64,000 bases of DNA from an uncultured bacterium. Its GTDB lineage: Bacteria; Patescibacteriota; Minisyncoccia; SW-4-49-11. The stretch is taken from NCBI GenBank assembly GCA_937864235.1, contig CALMJI010000006.1, positions 113 through 64,112 of the forward strand, written 5' to 3'. The notes under the pieces are model-generated. The model saw nothing but the letters and a program-made list of their open reading frames with translations, searched no databases and had not been told where the DNA came from. Shown piece by piece: positions 55,890-64,000 of this stretch (position 1 is its first letter; each line of letters starts with the position of its first letter). The translations under genes were made by a program, and so were the position numbers.

Positions 55890-57698
55890 TTATTTTCTAT
55901 TAGACCTTTTTCGTTCATTAGAATCTAGGATTCTCTTACGAATTCTAAGGCTAAGTGGAGTAACTTCCAATAATTCATCATCCGCTAAATACTCAATACA
56001 GGCCTCTAGAGACATATCTTTTGGTGGAGCGATAAATATACCGTCATCTGAACCAGAAGCCCTCATATTGGTCAATTTTTTAGCTTTGACGGGATTTATT
56101 TCTACATCCTGCTCCCGATTAGACTCTCCCAAGACCATTCCTGGGTAAACTTCTGTACCATCAGGCACAAAGAATACCCCTCGATCAGAAGCCCCATCTA
56201 GTGCATATTTGGTGATTTTACCAAGTTCTAGAGACACAATAGACCCTGTAGATCTACCCTTACCGCTAGACATTCTTGGACCATATTCTAAGAAGGAACT
56301 ATTCATAATCACTGTACCCTTAGATAAAGTCAATAAAACACTTCTTAATCCAATCAAATTCTGAGTAGTAATCTTATATTCAATATGAGATTCATTATGC
56401 TCATTAATCTCCATATTTACTAGCTCTCCTTGTCTTTTATTGACAGCTTCGATGATTTTACCGCTATATTCTTCTGGCACATCTAAACTTAATAACTCAT
56501 AAGGCTCTTCTACTGTACCATTATACTCTCTCAAAATAACCTGAGGTCTACCTACTGAGAATTCATAACCCTCTCGGCGCATAGTCTCAATCAAAACCGC
56601 CAAATGAAGTTCTCCACGACCAGCCACCAAAAATTTATCTGGACTATCCGTATCCTCAATTCTCAAGCTAATATTAGTCTCTTGCTCTTTGTATAATCTA
56701 TCCCTTATCATTCTAGAGGTAGAATATTTACCTTCTTTTCCTGAAAAAGGACTATCGTTAATTGCAAACATCATCTGCAAAGTAGGGCTTTCCACCTCTA
56801 CTGGAGGGATTTGTACCGGGTTCTGAGCATCTGCGATAGTATCTCCAATCTCAATATCGGCAATTCCAGCAATAACCGCTATATCTCCAGCCACAATTTC
56901 TGTAGCTTCAACTAACTCCATACCATTGTATTTGAGTAAGCTAGTAATAGTATTTTTAGTCTGATTTCCAGCCTTATCTATTCTCACTACTGACATACCT
57001 TTGACTATTTTCCCAGCATCAATTCTACCTACAGCCATAGTCCCTTTGAACTTATCAAATTGTAAATTCAAAGTAAGCATACGGAAAGATTCTTCAATCG
57101 GAGAAGTAGGAGCTGGAATTTCGTTGATAATAACCTCGAATAATTCAGTCAAATCTTTACCAGTTTGATCCATCTCCAGAGAAGCTGAACCATTAATAGC
57201 AGAAGCATATACAATCGGGAAGTCTAATTGCTTGTCATTCGCATTCAAAGTCACGAATAAATCGAAAGTTTTATCCACTACAGCATCTGGAGTTGCATCA
57301 GGTCGGTCAATTTTATTAATAACTACAACAACGCGAAGACCCAGAGCCAGAGCTTTTTTGAGCACAAATTTAGTCTGAGGCATTGGACCTTCTTTGGAAT
57401 CTACCAATAACAGAGCCCCATCAGCCATTTTGAGCACTCTCTCTACCTCACCACCAAAATCAGCATGGCCAGGAGTATCAATCAAGTTAATAGTATAATC
57501 CTTATAAGTAACCGAAGCATTCTTAGCTCTAATGGTAATCCCTTTTTCTCGCTCCAAATCCATAGAATCCATCACCCTCTCCTGCACCGCCTGATTCTCT
57601 CTAAAAATCTGAGTTTGATGTAAAATAGCATCCATCAAAGTAGTTTTCCCATGATCAACATGGGCAATAATAGCCAGATTACGGATATGTGAATTCAT
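55890..57698 (-). CDS. typA: Translational GTPase TypA/BipA
   Basis: G1 [10 protein letters not shown]3 DTPGHADF, G4 NKID, plus EF-G-like domains; 602 aa. Confidence 0.95.
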   Translation of the reverse strand: MNSHIRNLAIIAHVDHGKTTLMDAILHQTQIFRENQAVQERVMDSMDLEREKGITIRAKNASVTYKDYTINLIDTPGHADFGGEVERVLKMADGALLLVDSKEGPMPQTKFVLKKALALGLRVVVVINKIDRPDATPDAVVDKTFDLFVTLNANDKQLDFPIVYASAINGSASLEMDQTGKDLTELFEVIINEIPAPTSPIEESFRMLTLNLQFDKFKGTMAVGRIDAGKIVKGMSVVRIDKAGNQTKNTITSLLKYNGMELVEATEIVAGDIAVIAGIADIEIGDTIADAQNPVQIPPVEVESPTLQMMFAINDSPFSGKEGKYSTSRMIRDRLYKEQETNISLRIEDTDSPDKFLVAGRGELHLAVLIETMRREGYEFSVGRPQVILREYNGTVEEPYELLSLDVPEEYSGKIIEAVNKRQGELVNMEINEHNESHIEYKITTQNLIGLRSVLLTLSKGTVIMNSSFLEYGPRMSSGKGRSTGSIVSLELGKITKYALDGASDRGVFFVPDGTEVYPGMVLGESNREQDVEINPVKAKKLTNMRASGSDDGIFIAPPKDMSLEACIEYLADDELLEVTPLSLRIRKRILDSNERKRSNRK

Positions 57699-57814
57699 AT
57701 AATTGTATAGTTAAAATATAAGTAGATTTGTATAATTGAATTATTGTACCTGAATATTGATAAAAAAGCAAATATATAAAGCAAAATAACCTTTTTTATA
57801 AAAAATGTCAATTA

Positions 57815-57915
57815 TTGACAAGTATAGAAATGTATTGTAAAATAATATTCTGCTTAAGCAAGTAAAGACAAATTATACGTATATCTAAAAGGGAGCGCTT
57901 AGCTCCTTTTGTATT
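57815..57915 (+). ncRNA. Candidate small non-coding transcript: consensus promoter (-35 TTGACA 57815-57820, 17-nt spacer, -10 TAAAAT 57838-57843), about 60 nt with no ORF, then an intrinsic terminator (ggagc-gctta-gctcc plus T-run, 57891-57915)
   Basis: Promoter and terminator are read directly from the sequence. No start codon or ORF lies between them. This is an inference only. Confidence 0.3.
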
Positions 57916-58058
57916 TATTCAATGTTCCACGTGGAACATTTTTTAATCCGCCTACCAGCAATTAAACATTGGGTGGAGAGGAATTTAGCTAGCACCCCCA
58001 TCTTAGACAAAAAACCTAAAATACTCTATACTAAATCTAAACTTATAATCTTAAATTT

Positions 58059-58646
58059 ATGAAAACTTTACACAAAATCATTATTTGGCTCACTTATAGT
58101 AGTCCTGTGCTATTCTTACCGTTATTTTTCCTCAATATATCTGAGCGAAGAGATTATGGTAAATTAGCAGGAACTTTAGCTTTAATTCTTTTTATAATTA
58201 CTCTTATTCCTAGTATGATTAGACGCTTTGGTTTGGCTAAAGAATTCAACCTGCTAATCAAGCTAATTTTACCAGTTAGGAGACAATTTGGAATTTTGAT
58301 GTTTGTAGCTGCTTTTACACATTATCTAGCTATGAAAGTAATCCCTACTTTGCAATTTAGCCTACCTCCATCTCTACCACCTTATCAGGCCTTTGGGCTA
58401 GTGGCTCTAATATTCTCTTTTGCCTTATTTATAACCTCCAATAATTGGGCTACCCGTAAGCTCAAGTCCAATTGGAAAAGACTACATCGCCTCACTTATG
58501 TAATTGGCTGGCTGATTTTTGGGCATGTTTTATTAGGTGGACTCAGATCCGAAAGCGAAATCTCCCTACAAGCTATTGTAATCGGAGTAGTTATGGTCTT
58601 AGAAGTCGCTTCTCTTATCAAAGCCAGGGTGAATGTGTTGGGTTAA
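58059..58646 (+). CDS. Ferric-reductase-like transmembrane-domain protein (MsrQ/YedZ-like heme-binding membrane subunit), putative
   Basis: Six TM helices with conserved His residues in helices (…FGILMFVAAFTHYLAM…, …HRLTYVIGWLIFGHVLLGG…) as in the YedZ/MsrQ family. Confidence 0.5.
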   Translation: MKTLHKIIIWLTYSSPVLFLPLFFLNISERRDYGKLAGTLALILFIITLIPSMIRRFGLAKEFNLLIKLILPVRRQFGILMFVAAFTHYLAMKVIPTLQFSLPPSLPPYQAFGLVALIFSFALFITSNNWATRKLKSNWKRLHRLTYVIGWLIFGHVLLGGLRSESEISLQAIVIGVVMVLEVASLIKARVNVLG

Positions 58647-58927
58647 AGTTTTCGTAAATATCTTAACTTTAAAGCCCAAACAAGAAGGTTAGCAATAAAT
58701 ATAATTGATGATATAAACATAAATAGAATATCTTTTAATATAAAAACTCCATATAAAAATGAAACACCTGAAGACAATGTCCATAATGTGTATGACATCA
58801 AATTAGCAGTATCTTCTTTATCAAGTGATAAATCTTTTATTGTTGGCCAATATGCAATAATATTAATAACAGCAGTAGCTCCATAGCAAATTATTAGTAT
58901 TTTTATAAATATCTGATATAAATCCAT
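58643..58927 (-). CDS. Hypothetical small membrane protein (94 aa, 3 TM)
   Basis: Entirely hydrophobic helices. It overlaps the upstream gene's stop by 4 nt. Confidence 0.35.
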   Translation of the reverse strand: MDLYQIFIKILIICYGATAVINIIAYWPTIKDLSLDKEDTANLMSYTLWTLSSGVSFLYGVFILKDILFMFISSIIFIANLLVWALKLRYLRKL

Positions 58928-58979
58928 TTTATTTGGGTTAAGTTATATGTCTTATTATATAATATATTTACCTAAAACT

Positions 58980-59611
58980 CTACCCTAGATGAGAATGGTC
59001 ATTCCAAGTGACTATTTTCCAAAAGTTATTAATTTCATCATATTCCATCCAAACTATTCCTGTATTACTCAGAATAAAGTTATTTTCAACAATAATAGCT
59101 TCTCTTGGCGTCACCTCAAATCCAAAAAGGCAATACCATAGCAGACAATGTAAGAAGTTTTTATGTGTCACCACCACAATATTATCCTCTGTCATATTTT
59201 CCAAAAATTCAAAACACTCCTTAGCTCTCTGCCTCAAGTCTGTAAAATTTTCTTCATCTGAGTATTTCCATTCTACCCCCCCCCCCAATTATCTTTAATC
59301 TCCTTATCTATGGCCATTAATTCTGGTATTGCTTTACTTTGATTTTCTTGAATTGAGGGTCTTTTTCTCTCTCTGAACAGTTGACTTTCTATAATATCTT
59401 TCCCCGTTACTTCTGAGATATATTTAGCGGTTTGCTTAGCCCGGATATAATTACTACTGATAATAGTGTCAACTTCAATATTATTAAATCTATCAGCGAT
59501 CAACTCAGCTTGTTGTAGACCATTTTCAGATAATAAAGTTTGAGCAGATTGATAAACTCTCTCTTTATTACCTTCTGACTCACCATGCCTTACAAAATAT
59601 ATATTTTTCAT
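58980..59611 (-). pseudogene. Histidine phosphatase (phosphoglycerate mutase-family) gene split into two ORFs by an 11-nt poly-C/G tract (59276-59286)
   Basis: The upstream ORF (59273-59611) has the catalytic N-terminus YFVRHGESEGN and ends ...NWGGG. The downstream ORF (58980-59288) starts MGGGVEW and contains the second catalytic His (VVTHKNF). Together they form one histidine-phosphatase fold interrupted at the G11 run. Confidence 0.65.
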
Positions 59612-59701
59612 TATATAAACTATTATTCTAATTTATTGTATCAAATTGATTCTTAAAATTAAAGTGATTATACCACTAATAACAAAACTGGTTTTTGAAA
59701 A

Positions 59702-60757
59702 TTAGTCTTCTTTTAACTCATTTAATAATCTTTTGATATTCTTTTTAATATATCTATTTAGATTTTCCATACCAATGTCAAAATTGTCATCACTAACAAT
59801 AGCTTGTATTCGTTCTAATTTTTGAACTAATTCCTCTATATTTACTTCTTTTTCTTTTACCTCATCTGTGCCACGATTATATACCTTATAACCTTGAGCC
59901 CTTTTGACATCTCCAGCAAGAGATCTTATAAGATTCATAACTTCAGTTTCAATTGTAGATTCTACTAAATTTCCTATAATTTCTCTGGTATCTACTCCTG
60001 AAGCAATAAAATTATCTTTATTTTTAGATATAATTTGAGCAATTGAGTCTACAAAAGACTCTATGTCTACTTTCTCTACAGCCTCTATCTTTAATTTAAG
60101 TTCAGTTAATAAATTTCCTAAATCTTCTGTCGGGACTACACTCATCAAAATATTTTCTTGAGGTAAAAGAACTTCTGGCTCTGCAAGCTTTCTTTTTGCT
60201 TTCATTTGATCATATATATTTTCGCCTTCTCTTCTTATATTTACTTTTTGTGAAGATTCCAAACTATTAGTAGCTCTCCAAAAATCATCTCTTGTCTGAA
60301 TTAAAGTATAATCAATATTATATCTTTCACATAAATTTCGAATTTGCGATTGAAGTTCTGCTAATTCAGTTTTATATTGCTCAATATTTCTTCTCCTGTT
60401 TACAATGTCGCTCTCTTCATAAATTGCAAACTGTTTTCTGCCCGACACATATTTTGAAGAATATCCTGAGATACTTTTAGTTTCATCATCAATTTCAACA
60501 TCAGTATGTACCGCATAACCTATATGTTGCTCCTCTGGTACAGACATAATAATCATTCGTCCAGTCTCTCCGTCTTCAATTTCAGTTTTACTTTTACTAC
60601 CTTTTCTTTTAGATTCATCTGTAGCCCATTCAAAAGAATATATCAAGTCAGCTGATACAGTAGCTCTGCCTTCTTCGGCTTTAAAACCCTCATTTTGAAT
60701 TTTTTCAGCATCTTGTACTGAGCTAGTACCATGAGTGATGAACTCTGGAGACTTCAT
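59702..60757 (-). CDS. Hypothetical protein (351 aa) with a globular N-terminus followed by a coiled-coil/acidic region
   Basis: No motif was recognised with confidence. N-terminus: FITHGTSSVQDAEKIQNEGF...YSFEWATDE. Confidence 0.4.
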   Translation of the reverse strand: MKSPEFITHGTSSVQDAEKIQNEGFKAEEGRATVSADLIYSFEWATDESKRKGSKSKTEIEDGETGRMIIMSVPEEQHIGYAVHTDVEIDDETKSISGYSSKYVSGRKQFAIYEESDIVNRRRNIEQYKTELAELQSQIRNLCERYNIDYTLIQTRDDFWRATNSLESSQKVNIRREGENIYDQMKAKRKLAEPEVLLPQENILMSVVPTEDLGNLLTELKLKIEAVEKVDIESFVDSIAQIISKNKDNFIASGVDTREIIGNLVESTIETEVMNLIRSLAGDVKRAQGYKVYNRGTDEVKEKEVNIEELVQKLERIQAIVSDDNFDIGMENLNRYIKKNIKRLLNELKED

Positions 60758-60791
60758 ATCAAATTAAAAATTAAATTTTGTTCATTTACTG

Positions 60792-60864
60792 TGGACCTGA
60801 CTGGGATCGAACCAGCCACCTCCTCGGTGCAAACGAGGCGCTCTACCATATGAGCTACAGGCCC
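60792..60864 (-). tRNA. tRNA-Ala (anticodon TGC), with the G3:U70 identity pair
   Basis: Minus-strand fold: acceptor GGGCCTG pairs with CAGGTCC (G3-U70); the anticodon stem CCTCG pairs with CGAGG around loop TTTGCAC; the T arm is CTGG-TTCGATC-CCAG. Confidence 0.9.
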
Positions 60865-60909
60865 TTGTGTAATTACAGAGTAGAGTATATCAAATTTGGT
60901 TTATTTATG

Positions 60910-61015
60910 CAAGGGGAGTGTAAATTGTAGGGTGAAAGGGTGTTTTCGTAGTAGAGGGTTTATCCCTCCAATTCCATAGATAAAACCTTTCAGTCGCCCC
61001 TACAAATACACGGCA
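60910..61015. repeat. GC-rich mosaic hairpin repeat element, copy 10. Modules: ttcgtagtagagggtttatccctcc, cctttcagtcgcccc.
   Basis: Shares ttcgtag-N-gg and cctttcagtcgcc with copies 1, 2, 3 and 9. Confidence 0.65.
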
Positions 61016-61051
61016 TCCCTACTTGCTCTATAAGACACTTCTTTTTACACC

Positions 61052-61471
61052 TTATTCTTCGTGCTCTGTCTCATCAGCCTCGGCTTTGGTCAAATGCACA
61101 GTGCCAAAAGGGTGTTCTGGTTCTGCATAAATAGAATATAATTGCAAAGGCTCAGAGCCGATATTAATTATATTATGATACATCTCAGCAGGGACATGCA
61201 CAGAATACCCATCTTCAATATCTTTTACAAAATTCAAATCATCCTTTTTTTGCCCCATATAGACCTTTCCTTGCCCTCGGTCTACTCTTATGAACTGTTC
61301 TATATTATGATGGGCCTCAAGCCCAATTTCTCCACCCACAGGGATAGACATCACTGTCACTTGCATCTTATCTCCCGTCCAAATAGTCTGGCGATAGGAT
61401 TGATTCTCGATTACCAACTCTTCTAGATTAAATACAGCTGGTTGTTTTCCCTTATCTTCAATCATTTTCAT
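61052..61471 (-). CDS. Cupin-domain protein
   Basis: Cupin motifs G(X)5HXH-like (GLEAHHNIEQFIRVDRGQG) and a second motif ...SVHVPAEMYHNIINIG; 139 aa. Confidence 0.65.
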   Translation of the reverse strand: MKMIEDKGKQPAVFNLEELVIENQSYRQTIWTGDKMQVTVMSIPVGGEIGLEAHHNIEQFIRVDRGQGKVYMGQKKDDLNFVKDIEDGYSVHVPAEMYHNIINIGSEPLQLYSIYAEPEHPFGTVHLTKAEADETEHEE

Positions 61472-61884
61472 AGTAGTAATGATTAATATTACACTTGCAT
61501 TATATACCTTGAGAGGGTATTTTGTCTATGTGGGGGTAATTCTTATTGACATTTTAATTATGCTTTGGCATACTATTAATATTCACTTGCACCTTCAGTT
61601 ATGATCTTTGATGAAGAGTATGTTATCAGTGTTTTCAGAGATTTATTTGAAAGATGTTATATACTCGAAATGGAACCTCGCAAAATTGAATATTCGTCAG
61701 AAAAAACATATCTAGAAGCATATGAAGCTTGGTATCATAGCGTCTATTTACCAAGTATGGGGTGAATGCCACAATCAAATCTCAGACCAGCCCAGTGGCT
61801 GGTTTTTTCATTGATAGGGATATAATTTTTAAAATAGGAGACTTCGCTGATATTAGTTTTTTAGTAAAAGATTTACATCTACCT

Positions 61885-62185
61885 TTCGCAGGGGCGGCGA
61901 CCTTTGTTCTAAAAATTCCCCTCGTTGAGGGCTTTAAGTCCCTCCCATACTTCAGTTTGGGAGGTGGTGGATTCCTGCTATGTTTATATAGCGGGAAGAC
62001 GGGGTGGAGGTGTTTTTGTCCTCCTTTGGAGGAGGTGGTCACTTTCGTATTTATACGGGAGTGACCGGAGGTGGATAATAAGCAGTTTATATTTCGCTTA
62101 AAAATTAAAACTCTATCCACCCTCCCCCTGCGGGTACTCCCTCCAAAGGGAGACAAATATAGGTGGTAAAAGCTCGCCCCCTATA
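61885..62185. repeat. GC-rich mosaic hairpin repeat element, copy 11, the largest array at about 300 bp. It contains essentially every module: ggcggcgaccttt, gggctttaagtccctccc, tacttcagtttgggagg, gacggggtggagg, gtcctcctttggaggaggtgg, gaccggaggtggata, ctctatccacc, ctccctccaaagggagacaaat.
   Basis: Concatenation of modules seen singly or in pairs at the other ten sites. Confidence 0.75.
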
Positions 62186-62220
62186 CCAATAAAAAAACGG
62201 GATAAACCCGTTTCTTTTAT

Positions 62221-62297
62221 TGGCGGGGACGGCCGGGCTCGAACCGGTGACCTTCTGCGTGACAGGCAGACGCTCTAACCAACTGAGCTACGCCCCC
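62221..62297 (-). tRNA. tRNA-Asp (anticodon GTC), CCA encoded
   Basis: Acceptor GGGGGCG pairs with CGTCCCC; the anticodon stem TCTGC pairs with GCAGA around loop CTGTCAC; the T arm is ACCGG-TTCGAGC-CCGGC. Confidence 0.9.
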
Positions 62298-62348
62298 ATA
62301 ATTGTTGTATTATACCAGTAATCTGATGCTTATGCAAGAGCAACACTC

Positions 62349-62423
62349 TGGGGTGGCCAACGGGAATTGAACCCGTAATGTCGGAACCACAACCCGAAGT
62401 TTTACCATTAAACTATGGCCACC
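62349..62423 (-). tRNA. tRNA-His (anticodon GTG) with an encoded G-1 and CCA
   Basis: G-1 plus acceptor GTGGCCA pairs with TGGCCAC, discriminator C; the anticodon stem TCGGG pairs with TCCGA around loop TTGTGGT; the T arm is ACGGG-TTCAATT-CCCGT. Confidence 0.85.
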
Positions 62424-62526
62424 ACACAATGCTCCTCTTAGCTACTAAAGTTCAACAATCCATATTTTACCAAAAACCTCCCTAAATTGCAAATGGAGGG
62501 GTTATAAAAGAAGATGTCTCTCAAAA

Positions 62527-63870
62527 TTACCTCCCCACTCGACTATTCTCAATAATTGTCGCCACCACTTCAGCTTGGCTAGATGTAACTTGGAAAAGAT
62601 TCAAATCTGCTGGACTAATTGTCCTATATTTTTGGTCTAAAGTTTCTTTGATATAGTCAACCAGTGGTGCCCAAAATTTATCATCATATAAAATCAAAGG
62701 GGTGGGGTCGACTTTATGAGTTTGAACTAAAGTTAACACCTCGAATAATTGATGCAATGTCCCCATACCTCCTGGGCAGAATAAATATTGATTAGTAGGT
62801 CCGGTTAAAATAAATTGTCTGGTAAATGGGAATTTGAAATGAATAGAATCTGTTACATATTCATTCATAGTCTTACCTGCCTGATTGAGTAGGGTAGCAT
62901 AGGCTGGCTTTCCCGCCTCAGCAGAGGCTTTATTAGCGGCTTCCGCAATTCCAAAACCTCCTCCAGTTAATATACTAAAATCCTGTTTGATAGCCTCCTT
63001 AGCTATCTCATACACATCCTGATAATAATGGCTATCCCTAGAGACTTTATTACTCCCCAAAATTGTTACATTTTTGGGCAAAGACTGCAAAAAGTCCAAA
63101 CCTTCCACTAACTCAGCCATAATCCTAAATATTCTCCAGTTCACACTAGATATATTATTGGTGTTAGAAATATTATCTAAAAAGTTAGGATGGTCTTTAG
63201 TGTTTTTGATAATTTCATAAGCCTCCTCAGTGGTCTCTACTATATGTATCATTTCCAAATCCTCAGATTTAATAGCACCTAGAATTTGATGACAAGTATC
63301 TTGTAAAAAGTTGACTAGAGGTGTCCAGAATTCAACTCCAACCAAAATAACTGGGACTCTTTGGGTAAATCCTAAAGCTATTTCATTCAAAACTTGGAAT
63401 AATTCATCCAAAGTCCCATAACCTCCTGGGAAATATACAAAAGCCTGCGAAGGGGTAGTAAGCATCACTTTTCGAGTAAAAAAGTAGCTAAAATCTACTG
63501 AATCAGTGACGTAGGGGTTGATTTTTTGCTCCATTGGTAGCTCAATCCCTAACCCAATAGAATTCCCCTTAACTTGAAAGGCTCCTCTATTGGCTGCCTC
63601 CATAATCCCTGGACCGCCTCCTGTAATTACGGTAAAATTATTCAACCCTAGAATCTCTCCTAATTTCCTTGCTTTAATATAATATTCATCTCCTTCATGA
63701 GTCCGTGCTGAACCAAAAATTGTCACTTCATTTTTGTATTTTGACATCAGGTCATAACCTTCCACAAATTCTGCCATAACCTTGAATAATTTCCAAGAGT
63801 CGGTCTGAGCTAAGTTATATGGGGTTTTAGCTACATCTTGGATGGTTTTGAGTCTGTCATTGTATGGCAT
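62527..63870 (-). CDS. Tandem-duplicated LOG-family protein (two cytokinin riboside 5'-monophosphate phosphoribohydrolase-like / TIGR00730 domains)
   Basis: Each half has GGGPGIMEAANRGA / GGGFGIAEAANKAS and PGGYGTLDELFQVL / PGGMGTLHQLFEVL, the LOG Rossmann signatures; 447 aa. Confidence 0.8.
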   Translation of the reverse strand: MPYNDRLKTIQDVAKTPYNLAQTDSWKLFKVMAEFVEGYDLMSKYKNEVTIFGSARTHEGDEYYIKARKLGEILGLNNFTVITGGGPGIMEAANRGAFQVKGNSIGLGIELPMEQKINPYVTDSVDFSYFFTRKVMLTTPSQAFVYFPGGYGTLDELFQVLNEIALGFTQRVPVILVGVEFWTPLVNFLQDTCHQILGAIKSEDLEMIHIVETTEEAYEIIKNTKDHPNFLDNISNTNNISSVNWRIFRIMAELVEGLDFLQSLPKNVTILGSNKVSRDSHYYQDVYEIAKEAIKQDFSILTGGGFGIAEAANKASAEAGKPAYATLLNQAGKTMNEYVTDSIHFKFPFTRQFILTGPTNQYLFCPGGMGTLHQLFEVLTLVQTHKVDPTPLILYDDKFWAPLVDYIKETLDQKYRTISPADLNLFQVTSSQAEVVATIIENSRVGR

Positions 63871-64000
63871 AGTATTATTTTATTGATTTGGGCTTGTAGT
63901 ATCGAAAATTAAATGTATTTTTCTAGTTCGATCCTTTAACTGGTTACTTTTAATTAATATTTCGATTTCTGGTTTTCTAGTTGTTTACGGGGGTGTCTCC

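Noticed and set aside
61589-61762. 57-aa plus-strand ORF (MIFDEEYVISVFRDLFERCYILEMEPRKIEYSSEKTYLEAYEAWYHSVYLPSMG) between the cupin gene and repeat copy 11
   Set aside because: It is below the size cutoff, has no promoter or terminator context, and runs directly into a GC-rich repeat. It may be a gene remnant. Too weak to annotate.
1-64000. CRISPR arrays, transposases, integrases flanking the R-M island or rhuM
   Set aside because: No regularly spaced direct repeats with unique spacers. No DDE/serine/tyrosine recombinase-like ORF anywhere in the window. The R-M cassette and rhuM are bounded only by duplicated promoter segments.

Overview
This is a 64-kb window from a very AT-rich (roughly one-third GC), densely packed bacterial chromosome. 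Gene content and architecture are consistent with a small-genome lineage, possibly CPR/Patescibacteria, but that is an inference and not provable from sequence alone. Most of the window is housekeeping. Recognised genes include xseA (partial), efp, polA, yebC-ruvC, zwf, a SUF Fe-S assembly set (sufB-sufD and sufS-sufU-sufC-sufT), rnhA, an infA-rpmJ-rpsM-rpsK-rpsD-rpoA-rplQ-rplM-rpsI ribosomal block, pnp-rpsO, nrdR, dnaJ, mutL-mutS, yraN, yvcK, typA, a tandem LOG protein, and 8 tRNAs (Thr, Tyr, Lys, Leu-TAG, Leu-TAA, Ala, Asp, His). Promoters are unusually legible as extended -10 elements (TGnTATAAT), several sitting 8 nt from the start codon, which implies leaderless mRNAs. The non-housekeeping content worth a second look is as follows. 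(1) A 7TM membrane protein followed by three ATP-grasp peptide ligases (one fused to a retropepsin-like DTGA domain) and a QEGLA/HExxH (DUF1704-like) protein that is split by an A9 tract. (2) An M-R-M type II restriction-modification cassette inserted between sufD and the rest of the suf cluster, bounded by a duplicated ~70-bp segment containing the sufD 3' end plus a promoter. (3) A dispersed family of GC-rich, multi-hairpin mosaic repeat elements in at least 11 intergenic sites, one with an apparent 8-bp target-site duplication. (4) Two homopolymer tracts (A9, G11) and a perfect 32-bp tandem duplication that each break an ORF. (5) A 20-bp CACGTG-centred palindrome present three times. (6) rhuM flanked by duplicated promoter/small-ORF/terminator modules. 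No CRISPR array, transposase or integrase was seen.
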